Origin: Pocillopora damicornis
Taxonomy: Eukaryota
NCBI RefSeq assembly: GCF_003704095.1
Contig: NW_020843511.1
Coordinates: 62,001 to 126,000, forward strand
DNA: 64,000 nucleotides
Reading direction: 5' to 3'
Positions 14,906-26,169 of this stretch are shown here, in pieces; position 1 is the first letter of the stretch, and each line of letters starts with the position of its first letter. The translations under genes and the position numbers were made by a program. Under the pieces are notes generated by a model that saw only the letters and a program-made list of their open reading frames with translations, ran no database searches and was not told where the DNA came from.

Positions 14906-15204
14906 GAGGATCAGAACGAATTTCAATTTGATCTTCAGTGTCTGCTCGTCCAGGTGAAAGTAAAATACCGAGGAGGACTATTGTCGATAGTAACGATCGA
15001 CATCTTGACAACCTTGGCGAAAGTCACTCACAATCAAATGATCATAAGTTTCTTTTTTACAGCAACTACATAAGAAGTTTTCTTCTCCAAAAAGTGTATT
15101 ATGTCATTTAAAAAAGGTTGATGACGCAAATCTAACTTAATAAACATTAGTGGGTTAGTTCGTGATCCAAAACAATGTCAAAATAAAGGTTTCTATAATT
15201 TACT

Positions 15205-15462
15205 GAGTTATATATAACTTCTAATTAGTTCTTACTTATGAACTATTGGAGGACAGACGCATAGATGGCGTCACAATTAAGACCATTGTGCTTTTTCATC
15301 GCATGAAACAAACTGTTTTCGTAGTTCTGTACAGTAATAAATCACATAATACGTTAAAAATGTGGTAGAATGTCAGTACCATTTTTTTTTTGTTTTTACG
15401 CACAGTACATTTTGTGATCTATTAATGAAATGACGCGGGGCAATATTGAATCTATTTGTTTA
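15205..15462. repeat. Dispersed repeat, related to 38620-38950
   Basis: Shares the segments ctattggaggacagacg (inverted at about 38890) and gtgatctat...gaatctatttgtt. Confidence 0.55.
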
Positions 15463-16248
15463 ATTGACAATATGAAGGATACAATTTGAGAAAACCTTAA
15501 AATAAGAAAAGTAGATGCTCGATCATTTGTTCGAAATTAGTCGTTTCATTTGGTATGAAGCTGTTGTAGAATGCGAGATCGTGAAACACTGCTAAGACAG
15601 ATTTTGCTCTCGATGATTTTTGGTAAACTCAGATTGCACTCTGCTTAAGAGGCTTATATCTCGACGTTTTCGTTCATTTTCGAATATCTCACGCCTCTAG
15701 CAATGTCTGATACACACGTTTCACCAAACTGATGTGGCTTGCAAACGATGTGATAGACATGTTGACTGAATGCATGTTTTTTATGTGCATTTTTGTTCTG
15801 GCTCTATCAAGTTTTATATATTAGAAAGAATTTAGAAACAACTTGTGGTCTGCCAGCCTAAAAAATCGACGAAAAACCTTCAAAACCAAGCTAAATAGTG
15901 TCTATCACACATAACTACATTTATTTTCATACATTTCATTAAAATATTGTTTTTAATGAGAAAAAACGCATGAATTTCAAAGCCAACAACTTCCCGACAA
16001 ACTGACCAATCAGTTTTCACGAGTCGGACATCGAACACCTGACGAACAAAAGCTCCCCACTAAACGCTGATGATGAACGCGCCTGGTTGAGGTATCATCA
16101 TGCATCATGTTACTTTTTTCATAATAATTACATCAAAATAAATACATTTTAAAATACTCTTAAATTCCCAAACATTTATAAAGGCAAGTAAAAACTAGTT
16201 GAGCAATTTCCGCATGAAAAAAGACTGTTATCGTAAAGAGGGTAATTA

Positions 16249-16453
16249 AGTATTAGTACTGAGTCGATAACATAAATTGGCCACCGTAAAGAGTTTCAAA
16301 GCTGACATTTCGAGCATTGGCACTTCGTCAGAGCGAATGGTGGTATGGAATGGAATGGTGGTGTTTCGCTCTGACTAAGGGTAACGCTCGAAACGTCAGC
16401 TTTGAAACTCTTAACGGTGGCCAATTTGCGTTATCAACTCAGTTGATAATACT
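16249..16453. mobile_element. Palindromic Penelope-derived repeat with two inverted degenerate hammerhead motifs
   Basis: About 85-bp imperfect inverted arms. Minus 16334-16301 reads GCTCTGACGAAGTGCCAATGCTCGAAATGTCAGC, and plus 16368-16400 reads GCTCTGACTAAGGGTAACGCTCGAAACGTCAGC. Confidence 0.65.
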
Positions 16454-16742
16454 TAATAATCCTGTTATACTCTCCCACCGACGCAGCTTCATTCTGGTAT
16501 CATAAAGAGCCTCGAAATCTTGAATCAAATGGCTGAGAAAGGAGAGGAATTGGAGGATTATTAGTTGATCCAATACCAAATTCACCGACATAACATTGTA
16601 AGAATTGTATGGCAGACAGTAAGGAGTATTACAAATGAGATCTTGGGAGTGAAATGTTTAACCCTTGAAAACGTCGTAGGCGTTGTGAATACCACTAATC
16701 ATTAATTTTCAATTTCTGATTTAACAGATAAAACAAATTACA

Positions 16743-17726
16743 ATGGCGAGACAAAATTTCTCTAATGAAACAGACGATGACTATGAAGAGGATTTTGCAG
16801 GAGTTTTTGATGCACGTTATCACATTCCTCCAATTGCTGTCGCCATTGTCATCATTGGATTAAATGGATTGGTTTTGTACCTGGTAAAGACACGACCCAA
16901 CCTCCAATCAAGCATGAACTTTTTGCTATGTAGCCTGGCCCTGTCAGATCTATTGACAGGGTCACTGAGCATACCACTTCACGTTGGCTGTGATGTCACC
17001 TGGAAAACCAAGATTTGTGTGGCTTCGCAGCTGTTTATGAGATTTACATCAGTTTCCACGGTGATGCACCTTCTTGCCATTACAATGGACCGCTACCTAG
17101 GCATCAAACACGCACTTCGTTACAACGCTCTGGTCACAAAGTACAGAGTAATTGTAACTTCAGTCTTAATATGGAGTTCTTCAATATTTTCATCGCTGAT
17201 ACAGCTTGCTTGGATTAACTACGGACGCGATGACGTCGATGAAGAAGACGAAGACCTTACTAAGCATGAGATCCGTTACGACGTCACTAATCTTGTACTT
17301 TATGTTGCGATTCCATTCGTGGTCATGACCATCGTGTATATCAACATCTTTATTGAAATATTGCGTCAATACCGCAATATCAAACAATATAATTCTCCCG
17401 GATGGACTGAGACAAAGAAAAGGACTCACCACGAATGGAAGGCAGTAGCTATTTTCTCCATCATGCTGTTAGTCTTCATCATTTGTTGGCTGCCATTTTT
17501 TACCACTCGCTTGCAACACAACTTGGGAAAGAAGTTATTTGAACTTCCACTCTCGTCAGAGTACATTTTCGTATATCTGAGGTTTTTCACGTCTTTTTTC
17601 AATCCTTGTATGTATATCTTTGGTAAAAGAGACTTTCGCCAGGCTCTAAGTCTCTCAAGGAGGGGTTTGTTTACGCGGTTTCACTCCTCTTCGTATCATT
17701 CATCTCTGAAGACAACTATGGTGTAG
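16743..17726 (+). CDS. Class A (rhodopsin-like) orphan GPCR, paralog 1; single coding exon, 327 aa
   Basis: 7 hydrophobic segments. Motifs: N1.50 (GLN), LALSD (TM2), C3.25, DRY, W4.50, P5.50, CWLP, NPCMY and helix 8 FRQAL. N-glycosylation sequons NFS/NET lie in the N-terminus. A splice acceptor (ttaacag) ends at 16727, just 5' of the ATG. Confidence 0.95.
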   Translation: MARQNFSNETDDDYEEDFAGVFDARYHIPPIAVAIVIIGLNGLVLYLVKTRPNLQSSMNFLLCSLALSDLLTGSLSIPLHVGCDVTWKTKICVASQLFMRFTSVSTVMHLLAITMDRYLGIKHALRYNALVTKYRVIVTSVLIWSSSIFSSLIQLAWINYGRDDVDEEDEDLTKHEIRYDVTNLVLYVAIPFVVMTIVYINIFIEILRQYRNIKQYNSPGWTETKKRTHHEWKAVAIFSIMLLVFIICWLPFFTTRLQHNLGKKLFELPLSSEYIFVYLRFFTSFFNPCMYIFGKRDFRQALSLSRRGLFTRFHSSSYHSSLKTTMV

Positions 17727-19301
17727 ATGGGCTCATAAAACATCCCGTACTGATATCATTGTGATGCGAAATCATTCTATTTCCGATGGTAAAAAGTTGC
17801 AAAAACTAAATACGGGAAAGACTGATTTGGAAAGCTTACTGTGTTCACTTTGAAACCTTGGCACAATTTCCCACATTTTTCAAGTTCCGTCCTCCTGAGA
17901 AATGGGTGAGCACAGGTTCATTTCCCGAACAGCAGCTGGTAATCGAGCCTATTTATGACCAAAAGCAATCAACCAGTTTCTAACATTCTCTGAATTTATT
18001 CCCTTTTTGTCAAATAGAAACGGCTCGTTGGACCAGAGATGGAATCATTGGAAAGTAAAGGAGATATAAATATCAGAAAATTGTGCATTCTATTGGTGGG
18101 TTTCCTCTTTCTAACAAACATTTTCGATAACCAACGTTACCGCTGACTGATTTACTTTTCACAGAAATGATTAAAAATTAATTTCTCTCACAATTCCAAT
18201 GTATTAGCCAGTGAAAAAAAAATTAGCCAGTAGGTTAGGAAACCAGAGAGATGTTTTTTCGTCAGAGGTTTCGGAGCGATCACGCACAACGTTCAACGTT
18301 CAAATGGGAACCTCCCACCAACCTATCCATTCAGAATTAGTGATACAAACAAACAAACAAACAAACAGATAAAGTATAAGTGAGGCTAAGGAGTCTCCAA
18401 CACACGTTATAGCATTGTTGTTGTTTACCTTGAGTTTTTGTTTCATTGTTTCCAAGTTCAGTATCTCCACTCCTCTATATAGAGAACATGTTTGCCCCCC
18501 ATATGCACCATATCTGAGCTACGTAGTTATAACGTAACATAAGCCCAGTTAGCACTGTGCTGAGATAGTAATCAAGGTTGTGATAAATTATTTATGTATT
18601 TTTATTACCACCGTGTGATTCCAGTTGTTAAGTACTCTTATGGAGTAGTTCTTGGCTGGTACGATGTGTGCTTTGTCTGAAACGAGACTGAGAGTGTAGT
18701 GTTTAGAGTGCTTGCCAGAAAATTCTTAAAGGTAAGAAAAAAAAAACAAAAAAAAAAAAAACGCAAAACCCAAAACCGTCGCTTCGTATCAGCCACGAAC
18801 TGATTTTCACAGCCATCATTCTTATTAATATTTTTATTATTATGTCAATAATGTGTGTTCTGTAGATATTGCATATTTGAAATTTAATAATACCTAGCTT
18901 CATACATCGTATATTATAAGAATGTTATATTTATAAGGGATAACCTGCAGTTATTAGCCTGATATGGGCGTTTTGATAACTCTTTTCAAGAAGGATTTCG
19001 TGTCAAAAGGGTACTCATTCATTGATATCACTAATAATATAGTCGATGACTGTGCATGTTGCATGCACTTTACAAAATATAATAACTCCCCCTTCCATCT
19101 TTAAGAGTTGGAAGCATGTCACTTTCTTCTTTCAGTGTCATTACCGCTCGTGACAATGAAGGAGACGATCATTAACAAAGGAAGTTCTTCATTTTTAAAC
19201 AACTTTCCCTCAATACTATATTTATGAGAGTATAGGTACCAAAGGAAATTACGTTACAAATGTTTGCACGTCTTGTTTGTAGCGGCTCTGCAAGCATTCA
19301 A

Positions 19302-19513
19302 TTAACCCTTGAATCATAAGAGTTTCTTGCATCTAATCTCTCGATATCACATCACTGCTGACTCAAACATTAAGGTTATGAGAATATAAGAAATGACCAC
19401 TCATTCAAGACGCTCTTGATTGATAAACAAGCTCTCCTTTTAAATATCATAAGAAATGTACAAAGAAGATTATGAAGAATGTACAAACTGATGTCAGGGT
19501 TCAAAAAGGTTAA
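19302..19513. mobile_element. piggyBac-like MITE, TTAA-flanked
   Basis: TTAA-CCCTT ... AAAGG-TTAA termini, 212 bp, same family as 6198-6407. Confidence 0.65.
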
Positions 19514-19641
19514 TCAATATATAAATTTATTTATGTTAAAGTGTGTGGGGAGATTATTCCTCTATCCGGGCCCAAGACTCATTTGTAAAAAACTTAATAA
19601 TAAGTGGGTAAAACTTAACTTAACAATCAAATGAACTATTC

Positions 19642-19674
19642 CAGGAGCCCATTTAACCAAGTAATGGGCTCCTG
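19642..19674. mobile_element. 33-bp hairpin micro-element with CAGGAG...CTCCTG termini
   Basis: Perfect 12-bp arms CAGGAGCCCATT/AATGGGCTCCTG, with flanks ACTATTC and ACTATTT. A related copy lies at 24195-24218. Confidence 0.5.
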
Positions 19675-22309
19675 ACTATTTGTAATAATATCAATTAAAG
19701 GTAAATGTATTTAAAGATAAATAAGCATACATAACTCCTTCGACCATGATACAAAAAATACTTGTGCACTCCATTACTTTGTCTTTAAATTTCGGATGTC
19801 TTCGTAGTCCCTCATGTTAAGGTCCGGTCAATATTTATCCCCTGGGATGGGGTTAGGGGAGGATTTTGGTTGAGTCATAATAAAAATTACCTGATCCCCC
19901 TCTAAGGCTCTTAAATATTCTTGCAGCTACCCGTAATTGGCAGTTAACATTTTCACATTCCCCCTTTATACTCTGTCGGCGACGACTGACCCTCCCCCCC
20001 CTCACCTTCCTTTAGGCCCTTTCCGATTGTACTCGGCAACTTTTTAGCAACTTTTGGCATTTGGAGCAACTTTTTGCGTTCCGTAACAACTTTGGGAAAA
20101 GTTGCCTTTCTGAGCAGTTTTTAAGCAAAATACGGTATAGGTTAAACTTGATCTCATATCAGTACGAAAAAGTTAACGATTTCATAAAAAGCTAACACAT
20201 AACCTGTCACTTGACATCGTTTCACATTGCGATGTTTATCTATTATTATAACGGGTAATTGACTAAAAGGACGTTGGGCAGGACTTTATTAAAATTAACC
20301 ATGTGTCCTGTTGCCTCAGACTTAAGTATCTTAGTATGTCACTCATTCATGAACGATGTTAACAACGCCTGTGAAAAACGAAAAATAGGGCCTTTTTAAA
20401 TTGAAATAACTAAAAAAATATAAAGAAATTTTGGTAGCAAATCTGCTGTGATTTTTGGAAATATTTGAGCAGGTTTTTGGCTTTCCACTGAGCAACAGGC
20501 TCGCCTCCTATTCCCTGAATTTTTATGTTGAAGGGGGAATCACGGGCAACCGCTGGCATCCTCTCCCTTCGATGTAAACCGCTCTATCTTTTACTCTAGC
20601 GGAAATATATTAACTGTCATATCTTAAGGTAGAAATAGCTGGGAGTATGATAGTAAATTTTTTTCATCATCAAGCCAAACGCAAAATCATTTGGATGCAC
20701 ATGTCTGGGAGATGTATAGATGGTGACGTACAAAGTTAATTTTTAAGGTTACTTTCCACCTTCGCGGGTATCCTTCGGGAAAAAAATTCGTATGTGCGCT
20801 AGTTTCACTAAAATCCCTAGCAAACTGTACATCAGGAGAAAGCTTAATGACTGCAGATTACGACATAAATATGATTTAAGCGACTTCTCTTTTAAGGAAG
20901 TTGGTAAGGCTTGAAACGACCGAAGGTTCTTCTACTGAATTTATCGGGTATTGGATACGGCAACACGAGCAAAATGGCTGTATTAATCAACGAAATTGTG
21001 CCGGGCGAGGCGTGTTGCGTAAATGGTAAACACGCGATCAATATTAAACATATCAAAATATCCCGACACTATTTAGTTTGTCATTATTCCTGGAAAATTT
21101 TGGCGAAATTTGACGAATATCGGTCAAATCTATATTCTCTATAAATTCGCTCAAAATGTTTGTATTCCTTCCAAAATCATATGCATGATTTTAACTCATA
21201 AAAGTTCGGAAACAACTTGCGCCACGCCAGGAGATTATCTCGTCTCCTGGAACCGCAAACCAATGGGACAACGGGACCTCCTGGCTTCAATGACAATGGT
21301 TCAAGATAATCTATGCCAGTTACAGTTTCCACAAAGCTACATCTATCACATGGAACATGGCTCTCTGCCCATAACAATGACATCTTGTGAAATGTCAGTG
21401 TCACATAAGGTAGTATTCATCTTAAAAAAAAAAAGAAAAAACATTAACTTATTATGTTCCGTTATGTTATGAAACTGGAAAAAAAAAGACTAAATTGCCG
21501 TATTTTTGTTTTTTTTTCCAAGACATCTTAGAAGAAAAACATTTCATTGGATCATCAGCAAATCATTATCAAGTAACTTTTTCATCAACGAAAAGTTTAA
21601 GGAAATGGTTTCAAACATCGTCAATCCTTTTTCACGTTTGATTATGATCTGACAAGAGGATACAATGACTAAAAGACAATCGCTTGATAATTTACAACCT
21701 GTAGTATTATTATTTCTTTTAGCTTATATAGGTTTACGGGCTTAAAATCTTTCCCATTTGCTCTTAATCCAAAAATGAACAGATGCTAGATGGAGAAATC
21801 AGTTCAATTTAGAGTGGTCGCGAACAAAGGGCTGCAATTTGTTTCAACGCAAAACAAAATGTGAATCGAGTCTTGGGCCAATAGACATGAATGAATTTTC
21901 TCGGATTTCTTCTAATGACGCACTTTACATCTTAACGCCAAGTAATAGCTGTATATCAAAGCGAAAACGATTCTGATAAATCATTATTCAAGTCTTAAAA
22001 ATGTGTGGGAAAATAACCGCGCGCGTCTGATGTTTGGATGCCAAAACCAAAGTGAAAAGTGTTTCTCCGTCTTGTTTGACTATTGCAGACTTATTTTAAA
22101 AAGGGATAACCACATGTAAGTCTTATAAATCTGATAACGTTGCATTGGTGAATTAGTATTCGGTTTTCTGTCTTTTATGATTTAAATATAGCCACATATT
22201 ATAGAAAAATCGAATGTTTTTAACCGTTACAGATGGATCACCGCGTTTTTGACACCGCATAAACGTAAGACAGATTGGTTTTCATCCTAACAAAATTCTA
22301 TCTGACTAC

Positions 22310-22985
22310 CTAAAGAGGCTCTCTAGGGTTTGTTCAATGTTTGCGAGCGCGCCAGCGTAATGTTTTTTTTTTTTAAATTTTTATGTTTTCGCTTTTGAAG
22401 GTCACTAAAAGCCACCAAAAGGCAATGAGCAAGGTTCAGGCTATTATCAAAACAATATTCGTTCGAAAGCTAAGGCTCTACGAAGTGAGGCTCTCGCCAA
22501 TAATAATTTGGCTTTGCCTTTGGTTTTCTTCAATGAAATTTCTCAAAATCTTCACAATTTGTGAAATTTTTCTTGCCGGTCATTTAAAAGCCGAAAAATA
22601 AAGGGGTTACAAAGGCAATATTCTTGCTATTTGCAATTTTGTGTTTTCTTCCTTTATTTCCGGCCAATTTGGTCCTATGAATTTTTTTTATCAACATTCA
22701 CAAGGAAGGGCACAAGTATGTTTAACGGTCTAGCAAATCTTAGTCGGAAATTCCACCGAAGGAAACGCGATAAATCTTGCTCGAGAGATCCCTATTTTCT
22801 TCGTTGCAGAACATTTCATGATGGAAGAGAACCTCGCCAAGATCTATATCTGAGCATGTGTAGACTTTTGATATCTGTCGCCATTTGGCAATCTTTCCCA
22901 CGGTGTTTTCTTTTCTCCGTGTTTGTTTTGTTATGTTCGCACCCAGATCTTGCGCGGTCAAAAAACCACTTTAGAGCCTCCTTAA
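22310..22985. mobile_element. Kolobok-like non-autonomous element (degenerate TIRs, TTAA end)
   Basis: Left end ctaa-agaggctct, right end agagcctcc-ttaa. No credible ORF. Confidence 0.4.
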
Positions 22986-25142
22986 TCCAGATGTAAATAA
23001 CAGGTTCGACTTAAAGAAATGTTTTATTTATATAATCATACAAATATTAACCTATCTGAGTAATATTATGATATTGAACCGAACGAAACCGTATTTCGAA
23101 CTTGACAATGATGCGATATGAGTGAAGAACCTTAAAACACTCAGCACCTTGGAAATATGTGAGTAATAACATCAAAACGTTCTGAGGTAATTTATCGAGA
23201 CAAATCAAGCCGGGCAAGTCTTGGGAACTGAGAGAGAAAATAGATATTTTATTTGTCACATCTTAATATTTCAGTCTTGCAGAATTTCCTTTCACGCCTA
23301 TTTCGGAAATATCTTTTATAAACTGACTCGAAGAACTAGCAGCTTTCGTTCAGAGCAAAAAAAAAAAAAAGATTTTATGTCGATCTCCTTTCCTTTCTGT
23401 GAATTCACAGAAGTAAGAAATTACACCTATGTCGATATTTTGGTCAATTTCGATCCTAGAAACACATTCGAGCTGAATTTTCAAAGGGCGCTATGATAAA
23501 CAGAAATCAGCCCAGTTTGTGTCGGGAATAATTTTGGCCAGTCTTCGAGAGTTGCCATTCACGCCCAATCGACTCTAAGCTCTATGAAGTGACAGCCCGC
23601 GTTGTAAGTAAAAGAAAGATTAATTGTTCCAAAACTTTGTCTGCAATTGACTGCTGAATTCGAACTAGAGCAATATCTAACTCTGGTATGAACCAGATTC
23701 AGAAGCGTTCCAAAATAGGTCAGTCTGAAGCTTTTCGAGAATCTTAGATTTTTGTTGAAATCGATCAGTCAATTTCTTTTTAATGCACTAAACCGGTCTT
23801 GACTAAAAGTTTTGAGGTAAATTTTTTAAAACAAAGTTAAGAGGTGGCCGTCGTATCTGGTTTGAACTTTTATCGTCCAGAATTAGATAACTTGACGATA
23901 ATACCACAAACACTTACGACAGTGAGGCAAATGCATCTGATCAAAAATTACAGTTTGCTTTCAACATCCTATGTACATATCGTAAATTTAGATTATCATG
24001 ATTATATTTTCAAAGCTTCGTGATCGTTTGTTTCCTTCTGACAGACAAATAAATTAAAGCGCGTTTTTAAATGTATACGCGAATGTTATATCCTCAAAAA
24101 GAGTTCATTACTTATCGGAAGCCAATATACATTACTTCTTGCGCTGAGGATATACGATAGAGTGTTTCATGATGATGAAATAAATAAATAAAAGCAGGAG
24201 CTCACTAATGGGCTCCTGCTAAAACGTGTTTTTTTTTTTCGTCTTTCGTCTTGTTACGAGCTTGGGGCCAAAAAAAATACTGAGTCCGCATGAGGAATCG
24301 AACCTCAGACCTTCGGATTGCTATTTCGAAGTTTTGACCAACATAGAGTGGAAAGCACCGCAAATACGCAGGACTATTTCCAGGTGATGGGGTCCCAGAA
24401 ATGAATTATCACCTCGCTGTAGGCAATGCCATATTTCTAAAAAGGCATTGAAATCTTCACCGCACAAATTACCTTTCAGTGTTTTCATGCATGAGTTATT
24501 TATGTTGTTCAACCAATATTTGTGTAAAATATGGACACAGTTTTCCCAAATTACCAACGCGAGACGATTTAATGAAAAATCAGCCTTACATAACATCAAC
24601 CAAACGTGTTTGTCACTTTTTCATTGTGAGTCTTTCCAACTTGTGAATTAAAAGAGACGGATAGTGGACTCTATAAGTAACACTTAACACTCCATCAATG
24701 ATAATTTGGCTTCCTTTAAAATCTTTACACCTAGAAATTTTAATAAGAAAAAAAAATTGGTAGCGAGGATGGTCAGGAACTGAAGTATTAAAAATTGGTA
24801 ATCATAGTTACATGTAAATTTATGAGTAAACCTGCTTGCACGTTCTATTGCTTTGAGGACTTCTAAAAGAAACGAGCTGATAAATAATTCGTTATTCACT
24901 TTGATAACGGGACGTGACCTTTCGAACCCATGAAATATCGCGACTACGTATACTTCCTCAGAGATCCGACACATGATTGACAGCCCCCTGTAAACGCTTT
25001 TTACACAAGGTGCATTACGCGTAGAATGTTTTTGAAGGGTGCATCTGATAAAGAATTCATATCATGGAATGATTTGCTGTATGTGCCAGCTCCTACCTGG
25101 ATAAAGTCCGTAATGTTGATACAACCCTTGTTTCAGAATTTC

Positions 25143-25173
<31 letters not shown>

Positions 25174-26169
25174 CCCATTTCGCGTGCATTTTTTTCTACT
25201 ATTACGAATAATTTTTCTTTAAATTTTATGTCAAATATCCATATCTTAATTGAAATCTACAAAGTTTACATTTTGCACCCGTAAATTTTAATATTGCGTT
25301 TAAATACAGCAGTGTCGGGAAAAGATAACGATTGAAATGTTTGAATTGGACGAGGCAGGTAGACAAAACCCAGATAGCTTCGAAAATAACCACAACTACG
25401 TTCGGAAATAATCTTTACATGTTTCAGAAGCACAAAAAAAAAAAAAAAAATTTCATGGACACTAATAACGAGGGATGACTTAATAATTTTTTCTCTTCTC
25501 CAATTCAATTAAAACTCTTTTATTAAGACATTCAGCAAAATCGTTCGGACGACAAATCGTCCTGGCAACCACTGCATAAACTAAGTTATGTTATTATAAA
25601 GTTTCGCTAAAGAGAAAACGATGTATTATGCGACTTTCTCCTAATTGAAAAACAGCTTATGGAATGTTTAATTGAACTTGACTCTGAAGTCTACATCTCA
25701 TGAGTTATTAATGAAGATGGGTTCCGAAATAGTTATTTCATTGGTTTACAGTACGCCTGAATGACCTGAATATACAACTTTTTTAAAGCCCGACTGAAAG
25801 GGAGATAATTACAAAAGATACACCTGTCGAAGCAATTTGTTCCAGGTTTTATTTGCATTGTGTGTTTTCTTTATGCGAACTGTTTACCCTCTGAAAGCCC
25901 CGCTGTATAAACTTGGAAGAATGGGTTGGGGTCTTTTTTCTGAAATTGTAGGTTATAGAGTCTGGCGTAAGTTTTCCAAAAGCGTCTAGAACACTCCGCG
26001 TTTTTGCAACAAATCACGACGTCGCTGTCCGATACAGAACGTTTAAAAAGATTTATTCCTGGATGACACAAAATTAGGTGAAAGTATCTAATTGGATTTT
26101 ATGTTTTTAAATTCCGATTAGCTTGTTGAGTCTCAACGGACAGTTTCACCTTCATTAAACAGAGCCAAC

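Noticed and set aside
14711-15073. 120-aa ORF
   Set aside because: It lies over a Penelope-type repeat fragment, has a non-ATG start and no recognisable domain.
24270-24320. tRNA-like B box on minus strand (GGTTCGATTCC)
   Set aside because: Only a fragment, consistent with a tRNA-derived repeat rather than an intact tRNA.
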